From assembly GCA_026416845.1 (NCBI GenBank), contig JAOAEL010000002.1, forward strand, positions 111,422 through 175,421: a stretch of 64,000 nucleotides of DNA, given 5' to 3'. Made by a program: the position numbers and the translations under genes. This document shows, one piece after another, positions 20,792 to 30,270 of the stretch. The stretch is from Patescibacteria group bacterium. Its GTDB lineage: Bacteria > Patescibacteriota > Microgenomatia > UBA8517. Numbering within the stretch: the first letter of the stretch is position 1; every line of letters begins with the position of its first letter. Under the pieces are notes generated by a model. The model was not told the origin of the DNA. It searched no databases and saw only the letters and a program-made list of their open reading frames with translations.

Positions 20792-22420
20792 TTAATTAAT
20801 AAATTTATCCAAATATTCATCAAGAATTTTTCTGGCAACAGGAGCGGCTTCGCTAGAACCTCCACCGCCTTCTTCGACCAAAATAGTAATGATAATTTCA
20901 GGATTTACATCCGGATAAGCAACAACAAACCAAGCGTGCGTTACATTTTCTTTTAATGTTTCTGCTGTGCCTGTTTTGCACAACACTTTGGATCTAAAGT
21001 CAAAAAAAGGGAAAGCAGTGCCCCCACGTTCACATGCTCGTTTCATGCCTTCATGGACAATGGATAAATATTCAGGATTTATATGTAAGTTCTCACACTC
21101 ATCCACACCAACTATTTTCAAATCGCACAAATACCCTCCATTAACTATTGCAACAGTCATTTTCTGCACTGCCGCTGGAGTAATAGCCAAATCACCCTGT
21201 CCTATGGCATAATGATAAGTATTCCCTAAAAACCAATTTTCACCCTTGGTTCGCAACTTCCATTCAGGAGATGGCACTAAACCTTCAATTTCTCCGGGAA
21301 GCTCAATACCTGTCTTTTTATCCAATTCAAATTTCCTAGACCATTCTTCCAATTTTTTGACTCCTAAAAGTTCTCCAACCTTATAAAAATAAGTGTCTGT
21401 AGATCGCGCTAAGGCGCGAGCTAGTGAAATCAAGCCTTCTTTTCCACCATGTTGAGTAAAATACCAATTGCTATACGAAAATGACCCAAAAGCGCTATCA
21501 ACAGTAATCACTCCTTCATCGTTAAATTTAAAATCTTTTCCAATAACTTCCTCGGATAAAGCCGCCAAACCAACCAAGGGCTTATACACAGAACCAGGAT
21601 GAAATATTCCAGATATAACACGATTAAAAAGCGGCAAATTTTTATCTTGAAAATATAACTTTATTTTATCCAAGTCTCCCTTAATAAAATCGTTTGGATC
21701 GTAAGAGGGCGCAGAATAAATCGCCAAAACCCGCCCCATTTGATCTGTTGCTATTGCGGCACCTCTTTTACCTTGCATATGCTTGCTAACAAGGCGTTGC
21801 ATAAAAGCATCTATATTGGTGTTTATGTTTTCTCCATTTATCGGCATTTTTCTGCCCAAAGTCCTAACTTTTCTGCCCATTGAATCAACTTCAACAATTT
21901 CCTCGCCATCAAAACCAGACAAAACACAATCAAAATATTCTTCAAGCCCAGTTCTACCTATTAATTGCGATAATTTTCTTTGACCTTTTTCTGGACAATT
22001 TGGGCGAACCTTTCCAACTTCTTCTTTTGTGGTTTCGCTAAGATAACCACTGGCGTGTCCAAAATCGCTTCCTAAAAAATAAACTCTTTCACTTTCTAGA
22101 ATAATCTCTGATTCTTCAGCTAAAGAAGGATCATAAATTTCTTTTTTGAATCCTGAATCAAAACTAAATCTGACAAACTTTTTGACATCCCTATTGCCAA
22201 CCAAAATCTTGCCATTTTTATCCAGAATCAACCCACGAGAAGCTGAGATTGAAATTTTCCTTATTCTATTTTTATCAGCAAGTTCTCTAAAATAAGCGCC
22301 ACGTATAATCTGCAAATCAACTAATCTACCCAAAAATAAAAAGACAAAAACAACTACTAAAAATCTCCCAAACCACAAAAACCAATTTTTTTCCGGATAA
22401 TTACAAATTTCATCATGCAT
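20792..22420 (-). CDS. mrdA: penicillin-binding protein 2 (class B transpeptidase)
   Basis: N-terminal TM; SxxK (HPGSVYKP), KTG (KTGTAE) motifs; sits immediately downstream of mreB. Confidence 0.8.
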   Translation of the reverse strand: MHDEICNYPEKNWFLWFGRFLVVVFVFLFLGRLVDLQIIRGAYFRELADKNRIRKISISASRGLILDKNGKILVGNRDVKKFVRFSFDSGFKKEIYDPSLAEESEIILESERVYFLGSDFGHASGYLSETTKEEVGKVRPNCPEKGQRKLSQLIGRTGLEEYFDCVLSGFDGEEIVEVDSMGRKVRTLGRKMPINGENINTNIDAFMQRLVSKHMQGKRGAAIATDQMGRVLAIYSAPSYDPNDFIKGDLDKIKLYFQDKNLPLFNRVISGIFHPGSVYKPLVGLAALSEEVIGKDFKFNDEGVITVDSAFGSFSYSNWYFTQHGGKEGLISLARALARSTDTYFYKVGELLGVKKLEEWSRKFELDKKTGIELPGEIEGLVPSPEWKLRTKGENWFLGNTYHYAIGQGDLAITPAAVQKMTVAIVNGGYLCDLKIVGVDECENLHINPEYLSIVHEGMKRACERGGTAFPFFDFRSKVLCKTGTAETLKENVTHAWFVVAYPDVNPEIIITILVEEGGGGSSEAAPVARKILDEYLDKFIN

Positions 22421-22531
22421 ATAATGCCAAAAGTGACAAAGTTAACTAAATTCTTTTAGAAATTTAGAAATAAAGAAATCCCTTAAAAAAGCGCACAAGA
22501 CTTAGCATACAAATTTTCTAATAATTTACTT

Positions 22532-23626
22532 CTAAGCTCCTTTTGTTAATTTAATCTTTGACAAAAGATCAAAATCTTCAAGTACTTTTCCGCATCCGCG
22601 AACAACACAAGTCAACGGATCGTTTACTATTACAATTTTTATTTTTGTCGCTTCTGATATTATCTTGTCAATACCATGCAAAAGAGCTCCACCACCAGCC
22701 AAGTAAATTCCTTTCCCCATTATATCGCTCAAAAGTTCAGGAGGTGTTTCTTCCAGTGTTGATATAATTGCGTGATTAATTTCTGAAACTATGGGCAGTA
22801 ATGCCTCTCTTATTTCCTCGCTTGAAAGCTTTTCTGTTCTTGGCAAACCGGTTTCTAAATCACGCCCTCTTACAACAAAAAACCTCTCTTTATCAAAGGG
22901 AATACATGTACCAATTGCAATTTTCGCTTCTTCTGCTGTTGACTCACCCAACAAAAGAGAGTACTTTAAACGCACATAATTAACAATTGCTTCGTTCATT
23001 TCATCACCAGCCACACGTATAGATCTCCCGACTACAATTCCACCTAAGGAGATTACCGCTATTTCACTCGTCCCGCCTCCTATGTCAACAATAAAATTCC
23101 CATCAGCGCTATCCACAGACAAATCAGCACCAATTGCAGCTGCCATTGGCTCTTCAATTAGATGAACTTCTCGCGCTCCAGCAAAAACGGCAGCATCTGC
23201 AACAGCCTTTTTTTCTACTTCAGTAACTCCAGAAGGAATACCAATTACTACTTTTGGTCTTGGAATTTTAGGAACAACAGAATGATACTGGTGAATTTTC
23301 CTAATATAATGAGTCAACATAGCGCTAGTTGCATCAAAATCAGCAATTACACCATCTTTAAGCGGTCTTATAGCCTCAATTGTTTTAGGAGCTCTTCCTA
23401 ACATTCGTTTTGCAGCAGTTCCAATTGCAATAATTTGCTTTGTTTTTTTATGTCTGGCAACAGCCGAAGGCTCTCTAACAACCACTCCCTTGCCTTTAAT
23501 CCAAACTAAAGTATTTGCAGTCCCTAAATCAATTCCTACATCATAAGACAAAGATCCAAAAATCTTATTAAAAGAAACACCTTGTAAATACTTAAACAAT
23601 CGAATTATTTTTTTCATAATTTTCAA
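22532..23626 (-). CDS. mreB: rod shape-determining protein MreB
   Basis: DVGIDLGTANTLVW… actin-fold phosphate-1 motif; full-length MreB-like. Confidence 0.9.
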   Translation of the reverse strand: MKIMKKIIRLFKYLQGVSFNKIFGSLSYDVGIDLGTANTLVWIKGKGVVVREPSAVARHKKTKQIIAIGTAAKRMLGRAPKTIEAIRPLKDGVIADFDATSAMLTHYIRKIHQYHSVVPKIPRPKVVIGIPSGVTEVEKKAVADAAVFAGAREVHLIEEPMAAAIGADLSVDSADGNFIVDIGGGTSEIAVISLGGIVVGRSIRVAGDEMNEAIVNYVRLKYSLLLGESTAEEAKIAIGTCIPFDKERFFVVRGRDLETGLPRTEKLSSEEIREALLPIVSEINHAIISTLEETPPELLSDIMGKGIYLAGGGALLHGIDKIISEATKIKIVIVNDPLTCVVRGCGKVLEDFDLLSKIKLTKGA

Positions 23627-23719
23627 ATTTATTAGCGGCAGTATACTCCTATCTCATATCTATTCAATACCCGTCAGTTACCTGCTTGCTTTTGATTACG
23701 ACTCAAATTTGCTAAAGTA

Positions 23720-25831
23720 ATGACAATGTTAATTATTGAAAATATAGCTAAAAAAATATTTTTATTAATCATATTTTTTACCCCATTAATATTCTTCCCT
23801 AAAACTTCAGAAATTTTTGAATTCAACAAAACTGTTTTCTTGTATCTATCCACAACTTTGCTTATATCAATATGGATAACAAAAATGATCGTTCAAAAAA
23901 AACTCATATTCCAAAAAACAATATTGGATATCCCTATAATAATTTTCATAATTTCAATTTTCACTAGCACAATTTTTTCGATAGATTTGCATACATCAAT
24001 ATTTGGGCATTACACATCATTCAACGGCGGATTCCTATCCTATGTCTGCTTTGCGCTTATTTATTGGTTTGCCGTTTCAAATTTATCCAAAAAAGACTAT
24101 CTGGCAACACTAAAAGTACTTTTAGTAACAACGACAATAACAAGCTTAATTGCAGTGCTTGAACATTTTGACATAAGCGTTACATGTTCAATCATAAGTC
24201 TAATAAACCAAGAAGAAATTAATATATCAAATAGTTGTTGGGCAAACGATGTTCAAAACCGAGTATATAGCACCTTTGGACAACCAAATTGGCTAGCCGC
24301 ATGGCTCGTTGCGATAATGCCAATAAATTTATATTTCTACTTAAAAGCAAAAAACATACAAACAAAATTAACACACATTGTTTTATACCTTATATTCACG
24401 TCTGCTCTTTTATTCACCAAATCAAGATCAGGAATAATAGCATTTGTTCTTATTTCTTTTTTCTTCTGGTCATATTACCTAATCAAAAAATCAAAAACAA
24501 ATGTACAAGAAAAAATTAAAAAACTCGCTATTTACGCAATCCCTATCCTCACAATCGCACTTGCGATCGGCACGCCATGGTCGCCAAAACTAAATGATTT
24601 ACTACAAAATCAAAATGAAATAAATCTTGAAAAACCTCAAGATTTTGTACCAGCCTTGGAAAAAGGCGGCACAGAATCAGGAGATATCAGAAAAATAGTC
24701 TGGAAAGGAGCGTATGAGATCTGGAAAGCATATCCAATTTTTGGAAGCGGTTTGGAAACTTTTGCTTTTTCTTATTATAAGTTCCGCCCAATAGAGCATA
24801 ACTACACATCAGAATGGGAATATTTATACAACAAAGCGCATAATGAATATTTAAATTTCTTGGCAAACACAGGAATATTCGGAACTTTATCTTATATTTT
24901 ACTCATTATATTTATGTCCGTAAAAATACTAGGACTAAAAAGCTTAAAGAACTTTAGAGAAATAAATACCTTCAACTTATGCTTATTTTCCGGTTTTGCC
25001 AGCATATTAATCACAAATTTTTTTGGTTTCTCTGTCACAACAACAAACATGCTTTTTTTTGTTATACCAGCGCTAGCATACACAAAAAGCAATAATTTTA
25101 GAAATCAACTTGAAAACTCAAAAGAATTATCTACATCGCAAAAGATCACAATACTTTTTGTGATTGCAGGTTGCGCTTTTATTTTTTATAAAACAGCAAA
25201 TTACTGGCTGGCAAACTACTATTACCAACAAGGAAAGAACGAAATAGCAAACACGCAATATTTATCAGCCCTCAAATATCTGCAAAAATCAGTATCAATT
25301 TCTCCTAATGAATCAATCTATTGGAATGAACTTGCCAACGCAAATACACTAATTGCGCAAGTTTTATCAAATGAACTAGAACACAAAGCAAGAGCACAAC
25401 AATTTGTAGACAACGCAATTGAAACAAGCAAAAAAGCGATTCTTTTATCCCCAAATGATGTCAACCATTTAAGAACTCAAGCTTTGATGTATGTTAAGCT
25501 TGCAATTTACGATAATAAATATCTGTTAAATGCAAGGGATTCGTTGATAAAGGCAAATTCTCTCTCTCCAACTGATCCAAAGATAGTTTACAATCTAGCG
25601 CTTGCATACCTTAGGGCAAATGACACTGAAAACGCGTTAAAATACATCAAAAAGGCTATAGATCTGAAAACAGATTACAAAGACGCAAGATACGCTCTTG
25701 CTCTTATTTCAATTGATCTGGGCGATTACGAAACAGCAAAATCAGAACTTGAGTATATACTAAAATATATAGATCCTGATAACAAAGAAGCTGAAAAAGA
25801 GCTTGAGAGTCTGAAACAATTGCAAAATTAG
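23720..25831 (+). CDS. O-antigen ligase (Wzy_C)-like polytopic membrane protein with C-terminal TPR repeats
   Basis: 703 aa; ~10 TM segments in N-terminal 450 aa; C-terminal 250 aa with TPR-like repeats (…YQQGKNEIANTQYLSALKYLQKS…). Confidence 0.55.
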   Translation: MTMLIIENIAKKIFLLIIFFTPLIFFPKTSEIFEFNKTVFLYLSTTLLISIWITKMIVQKKLIFQKTILDIPIIIFIISIFTSTIFSIDLHTSIFGHYTSFNGGFLSYVCFALIYWFAVSNLSKKDYLATLKVLLVTTTITSLIAVLEHFDISVTCSIISLINQEEINISNSCWANDVQNRVYSTFGQPNWLAAWLVAIMPINLYFYLKAKNIQTKLTHIVLYLIFTSALLFTKSRSGIIAFVLISFFFWSYYLIKKSKTNVQEKIKKLAIYAIPILTIALAIGTPWSPKLNDLLQNQNEINLEKPQDFVPALEKGGTESGDIRKIVWKGAYEIWKAYPIFGSGLETFAFSYYKFRPIEHNYTSEWEYLYNKAHNEYLNFLANTGIFGTLSYILLIIFMSVKILGLKSLKNFREINTFNLCLFSGFASILITNFFGFSVTTTNMLFFVIPALAYTKSNNFRNQLENSKELSTSQKITILFVIAGCAFIFYKTANYWLANYYYQQGKNEIANTQYLSALKYLQKSVSISPNESIYWNELANANTLIAQVLSNELEHKARAQQFVDNAIETSKKAILLSPNDVNHLRTQALMYVKLAIYDNKYLLNARDSLIKANSLSPTDPKIVYNLALAYLRANDTENALKYIKKAIDLKTDYKDARYALALISIDLGDYETAKSELEYILKYIDPDNKEAEKELESLKQLQN

Positions 25832-25863
25832 TCAAAAAATAAAATTTGAATTATAATACCAAG

Positions 25864-26397
25864 ATGATTTGTGAAATTCTAAAATCCAACAATCCAAAAC
25901 TGCGTATAAAATCAAAGCCTGTGTCAAAGCTTGATAAAAAAACAAAAGAAATTATAAAAGATTTATACGATACACTGCTTGCGCAAAAAGATCCGGAGGG
26001 TATAGGACTTGCCGCTCCGCAAATAGGCAAAAATCTAAGAATATTTTTGATGAAAGACAAAGATACAATAAAAACAATTATCAACCCTGAAATTGTGGAA
26101 ATTAAAAAGGATTTAAAAAATAAGTCTAACAAAAAGAAACCCAAGCTCATGGAAGGATGCTTATCTTTACCACATTACTACTCGCCTCTTACAAGATACG
26201 AGTATGTAACCATAAAATACAAAGATGAAAACTGGGAAGACAAAGTTGAAACTTTTATCGGACTTTCAGCTCAAATAATTCAACACGAAATTGATCATTT
26301 AAACGGGATACTTTTTATAGATCATGTAGTTGGGCAACAACTTCCTTTGTATGAACACACCAAAGACGGCCAATGGCAAAAAGTGGAACTAACATGA
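25864..26397 (+). CDS. def: peptide deformylase
   Basis: GIGLAAPQIG, EGCLS, HEIDHLNG motifs (three canonical Def motifs); likely start MICEILK at 25864. Confidence 0.85.
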   Translation: MICEILKSNNPKLRIKSKPVSKLDKKTKEIIKDLYDTLLAQKDPEGIGLAAPQIGKNLRIFLMKDKDTIKTIINPEIVEIKKDLKNKSNKKKPKLMEGCLSLPHYYSPLTRYEYVTIKYKDENWEDKVETFIGLSAQIIQHEIDHLNGILFIDHVVGQQLPLYEHTKDGQWQKVELT

Positions 26398-27410
26398 AAA
26401 TTGTATTTTTCGGCACACCAGAATACGTGCTGTCTGTAATCGATCAAATCCACCGCAAGTGGAAAGACAGCAAAGGCAATTCTCCTATTGTGGCAGTAGT
26501 CACACAGCCACCCAAAATCACAGGTAGAAAAAAAATACTAACTTATTCTCCAGTTGACAATTGGGCGCACAAGCACAAAATTCCAATTTTCTTTGACACA
26601 AACAAACTTCTAGAAAGCAAATTGGAGTGGGACTTAGGTATTCTGGCGGCTTATGGACAAATCATCCCTCAGGATGTAATTAACGCTTTCCCAAAAGGCA
26701 TACTAAATATCCACCCATCTATCTTGCCAGAATTTCGCGGAGCATCCCCAATCCAGGCAATAATTGCTACAGAAAAGATTCCAGGTGTGACAATAATCAA
26801 GCTAGACAATCTGATGGATCATGGTCCTATTGTTAGTCAATTTGCCGACGAATTACTAGAATCAGATACACTAGATACATTAAGAACAAGGCTTTTTCAA
26901 AGGGCATCTCAAGTGCTAATAAATCTTATACCGGCTTATTTAAACAACAAAATAAATCTAAAAGAGCAAAATCACTCCCAAGCCACATATACAAAATTAA
27001 TCAAAAAAGAAGATGGTTACATTCCATTTGATATTTTGCAAAAAGCAATGAATAGGAAGAAATTCAAACTGCAAGTTGAATTCATTTACAAAAGATCAAA
27101 ATATAGGGAGAAAAGAATACCACTACACCAAATAAAAAATGGCAAGCAATTGCACAATCTGTTAAAAGCTTTTACTCCATGGCCCGGTCTATGGACAACT
27201 ATTAAAATTCCATCTAAATCAAAAGAGGAACAAAACAGAAACGAGAAAATTTTTAACACCGAAAAAAGGCTTAAAATTCTAACAGCTCACATTGAAGGCA
27301 AAAATGAAAAATTCTATAAATTTGTCCCAGATTTAGTCCAGCTTGAAGGCAAAAAGGCAGTCAGCTGGAATCAGTTTGAAAAAGCGTATTTAATAAAAAG
27401 CGACTTATAG
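26394..27410 (+). CDS. fmt: methionyl-tRNA formyltransferase
   Basis: MKIVFFGTPEY… N-terminus; formyltransferase core (…LNIHPSILPEFRGASPIQ…); def-fmt operon with 4-bp overlap. Confidence 0.85.
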   Translation: MKIVFFGTPEYVLSVIDQIHRKWKDSKGNSPIVAVVTQPPKITGRKKILTYSPVDNWAHKHKIPIFFDTNKLLESKLEWDLGILAAYGQIIPQDVINAFPKGILNIHPSILPEFRGASPIQAIIATEKIPGVTIIKLDNLMDHGPIVSQFADELLESDTLDTLRTRLFQRASQVLINLIPAYLNNKINLKEQNHSQATYTKLIKKEDGYIPFDILQKAMNRKKFKLQVEFIYKRSKYREKRIPLHQIKNGKQLHNLLKAFTPWPGLWTTIKIPSKSKEEQNRNEKIFNTEKRLKILTAHIEGKNEKFYKFVPDLVQLEGKKAVSWNQFEKAYLIKSDL

Positions 27411-28049
27411 CAACTACCCAAGATAGAAAAGATAAGATCGACAATCTCAATCTAACTAATTTACACTTCTCCCACGATTAATTAAACACAATAAATTACT
27501 AAACACGAGAGGAGTTGAGTTATTGGGAAGATTTGTCACCACCCGAATTATCATTAGGAATAGTTTTACCAGACATAGGAGAAGGTTCAAATCTTGCATT
27601 CTTTATATTATTCACTACATGCAGTTTTATCTCCTCAAGTATCCTGTTAATTTTTTCGGGAGTTAAACTTTCTATCGCCTCCAAAATCTGTCTAATTTGT
27701 TCTGGGGTTAAATCAAAATTAAATCCAGAATATGGAGTGTATAGAGATTATTTATTGATTTTTTTGCAAACCAAGTTTAAATTTTATTATTACAGATACC
27801 GGAATAAAGAAGACTAAGAAGAACATATCTTTCCACATTTTGCCTAAATTCTCCGCTAATCTGATTAGGATAACTTTCACCTCCACTAGCTTGAGTGGAT
27901 GAAGGATCGGTATTATTAGGTTGTTCACTTCTTTCTTGATTCATACTTTTTTTGATTAAACAGTTTAATTAACTTGATGAGAAAATTCTACCAGCTTTAT
28001 AAAACATTACCAAGCTCAAACATAATTTGGGCAATTTCACATCTACATC

Positions 28050-28301
28050 TCAAACCACGACAATGTTTTTTATATCACCAATTGATTTGTAATTTTTTAC
28101 TCTTTTTAAACATTTTGTACAAACCTTCATCTGCAAAACATTACCCTCAATTTTAAAGGATTTGGTTTGAATATTTGGCTTGAAAGTTCGCGGAGTTTCC
28201 TGCGCTCTTTTTTTCCATCTCCTACCTGCAACGCCACGCCCATGCTGTTGGCTTCTACCTATCTTGGTTGACTTGCCGCAAAAACTGCACATGTATGACA
28301 T
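28050..28301 (-). CDS. rpmB: 50S ribosomal protein L28
   Basis: 83 aa; MSYMCSFCGKSTKIGRSQQHGRGVAGRRWKKRAQ… matches L28 family pattern. Confidence 0.8.
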   Translation of the reverse strand: MSYMCSFCGKSTKIGRSQQHGRGVAGRRWKKRAQETPRTFKPNIQTKSFKIEGNVLQMKVCTKCLKRVKNYKSIGDIKNIVVV

Positions 28302-28387
28302 ATTTGGATTTTTTTATTTTACAAACAAAAACCTTCAATAAATCTTTTAATTTTAGTTTATTGACATTATACTTATAAGACAAACTT

Positions 28388-29062
28388 TTGGCAAGAAATT
28401 TTCATAAAATGTTTGAAATCTTCGCTTGGATACTAGCTTTTGTCGTCGCTATCACAATACACGAAGCCGCACATGCGTATATGGCAGACCGGTTGGGAGA
28501 TCCAACTCCTCGTCTTATGGGCAGATTGTCTCTAAATCCAATAGTCCATTACGATAAAATTGGAACAACACTTTTGATTCTACTAATCTTCATACGTGAG
28601 TTTTTGAAAATACCTGTAATTCCCTTTGGATGGGCAAAACCGGTGCAATTTGATCCTTACAATCTTGCAAACCCAAGACGCGATTCCGCCTTAATTTCAG
28701 TAGCAGGACCAGCTTCCAATTTCATTGTCACAATCATAGTATCAATAATCATAAATCTACTTATGTCTGCCAATTTAAACTTATACGCAGTTCTGCTCAT
28801 GCCAACTGTGACACTAAACATAATCTTGGGACTTTTTAATCTTCTTCCAATACACCCTTTGGACGGAGGGAAAATATTTGTGGGGCTTTTGCCCGAAAAT
28901 GAAGCCGAAGAAGCCGAACGTTTCTTGCAACAATATGGACTTATCATCCTACTTTTTTTGATACTTCCTCTAGCAAACGGGAATCCTGCCATCTCCTATA
29001 TTTTAGGACCAGTTGTCAGCTCGATTGTGAGCTTGCTCTTGCCAAATATGCCATCTTATTGA
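28388..29062 (+). CDS. M50-family (site-2 protease-like) zinc metalloprotease, membrane
   Basis: HEAAHAYMA HExxH in TM1; LLPIHPLDGGKIFV LDG motif; 5-6 TM helices; no PDZ. Confidence 0.7.
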   Translation: MARNFHKMFEIFAWILAFVVAITIHEAAHAYMADRLGDPTPRLMGRLSLNPIVHYDKIGTTLLILLIFIREFLKIPVIPFGWAKPVQFDPYNLANPRRDSALISVAGPASNFIVTIIVSIIINLLMSANLNLYAVLLMPTVTLNIILGLFNLLPIHPLDGGKIFVGLLPENEAEEAERFLQQYGLIILLFLILPLANGNPAISYILGPVVSSIVSLLLPNMPSY

Positions 29063-29314
29063 CATTTAATATCTCTTTACTTGTTTGGCACAGTCTGTTA
29101 GCATAAATTAGCCCTAGAGGTATTTAGAAAAACTTTTTCTCATCAATTTTTATTGATGGGGTTGCGGAAGTTCTTAATCTGGAAGAAGCTTTAGTAAAAT
29201 TTAGTTTCAACCATTTTAAGACAGCTCCCCCACCTGGTTTCGCCGGGAAAAAGCAATTTATTCTTTCTCTCTAGGGCTTTCTAATTTGTCTTAATAACAA
29301 ACTTCGCCACCATT

Positions 29315-29554
29315 TTAATTAACGATTTTTATAGCAAGTTTGGATTTGCCTTTATCTTCAACAATCATCATCTCTGTTGCTAAATACAAAATCAAGGAAG
29401 CCCAAATCACAAAATCCACACTCATGTTAAGATCCAAAAGACTACTTCTTTCCTCGACTGTCCAAAGATCTAAATTAAAAGCTTGAATTCCGTTACGACT
29501 ATAACTTTTTACATTAAGAGTGGTATCTTTTTGCAAATTCATAAACACGCACAA
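29315..29554 (-). CDS. hypothetical protein (possibly C-terminal part of split gene, TTG start in ORF track)
   Basis: In-frame continuation of 29597..29980 after a TGA; no independent ATG/SD. Confidence 0.25.
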   Translation of the reverse strand: MCVFMNLQKDTTLNVKSYSRNGIQAFNLDLWTVEERSSLLDLNMSVDFVIWASLILYLATEMMIVEDKGKSKLAIKIVN

Positions 29555-29596
29555 TTCAGCATGTTCTCCAAGTAAATCCTCTATCTCGCCTCCAAT

Positions 29597-29980
29597 TCAT
29601 TCAACCAAACTTACAATCTGCTCTCCAGTGATAAAAATTCTGTCAAGCGGATACATTTTCAGTTTCTCATAAGCAATATCAATTGCCCTATTAAAATCAG
29701 TGCCAACAAATTTATCCTTGTTTTTCATGTATACACCCGCTAATCTTTTTCTTATCTCATTTTCCTCAACTAATGCTTTCCTCAAAACATTAACTATCCC
29801 ATCACAAAAACCGCAATCACACTTCCCGTTTACAAGATCTTTGTGTGAACCCCTGTGCGCGCCGGGAATTATTTCATGTGACTTTAAAAACAAAACTTTC
29901 TCCCGAATTAACTCAGCATCAAAATTCTCATTTCTCCAAATAGCATAAAGCAAGATAGAATACACTACACCACCTAACAT
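29597..29980 (-). CDS. hypothetical protein with CxCGxC cluster (possibly N-terminal part of a split gene)
   Basis: 127 aa, …HRGSHKDLVNGKCDCGFCDG…; terminates at TGA (29597-29599) and the same frame continues open into ORF 29315..29554. Confidence 0.35.
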   Translation of the reverse strand: MLGGVVYSILLYAIWRNENFDAELIREKVLFLKSHEIIPGAHRGSHKDLVNGKCDCGFCDGIVNVLRKALVEENEIRKRLAGVYMKNKDKFVGTDFNRAIDIAYEKLKMYPLDRIFITGEQIVSLVE

Positions 29981-30270
29981 CTGGGGTCCCTTTTTTTATC
30001 AAAGCACGTTCTACCATCCACACACCAGTCTGGCTCAGATCCAGTTAATCTTATTTTCAAGTACCTAAGCACGGAAGCATCTTTTAATAAACTATTTCTA
30101 GTGTTATTGTGCTTATTTTGGAACATAAAAAAACCAAAATACCAAAATCAATCAAAATCAGACAAACAAAGCAGTGAAAATATTGTAAAAAAGCTAACAA
30201 ATACCAAATAAAACCTGCATTTTACTTTAATAATTGCAAGTAATTTATTGCTTTTACTACAAAAATCCAA

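Noticed and set aside
25851-26150. 99-aa minus-strand ORF antisense to def
   Set aside because: Antisense to peptide deformylase with serine/phenylalanine-rich low-complexity translation; noise.
29063-29314. Assignment of the inverted-repeat region to SRP RNA, tmRNA, RNase P or 6S RNA
   Set aside because: None of the signature sequences I know (SRP helix-8 GGAA…AGCA arrangement, tmRNA 5' GGGG…/3' T-arm-CCA, RNase P GGAAAGTCCGG) is present in either orientation; left as unclassified element.
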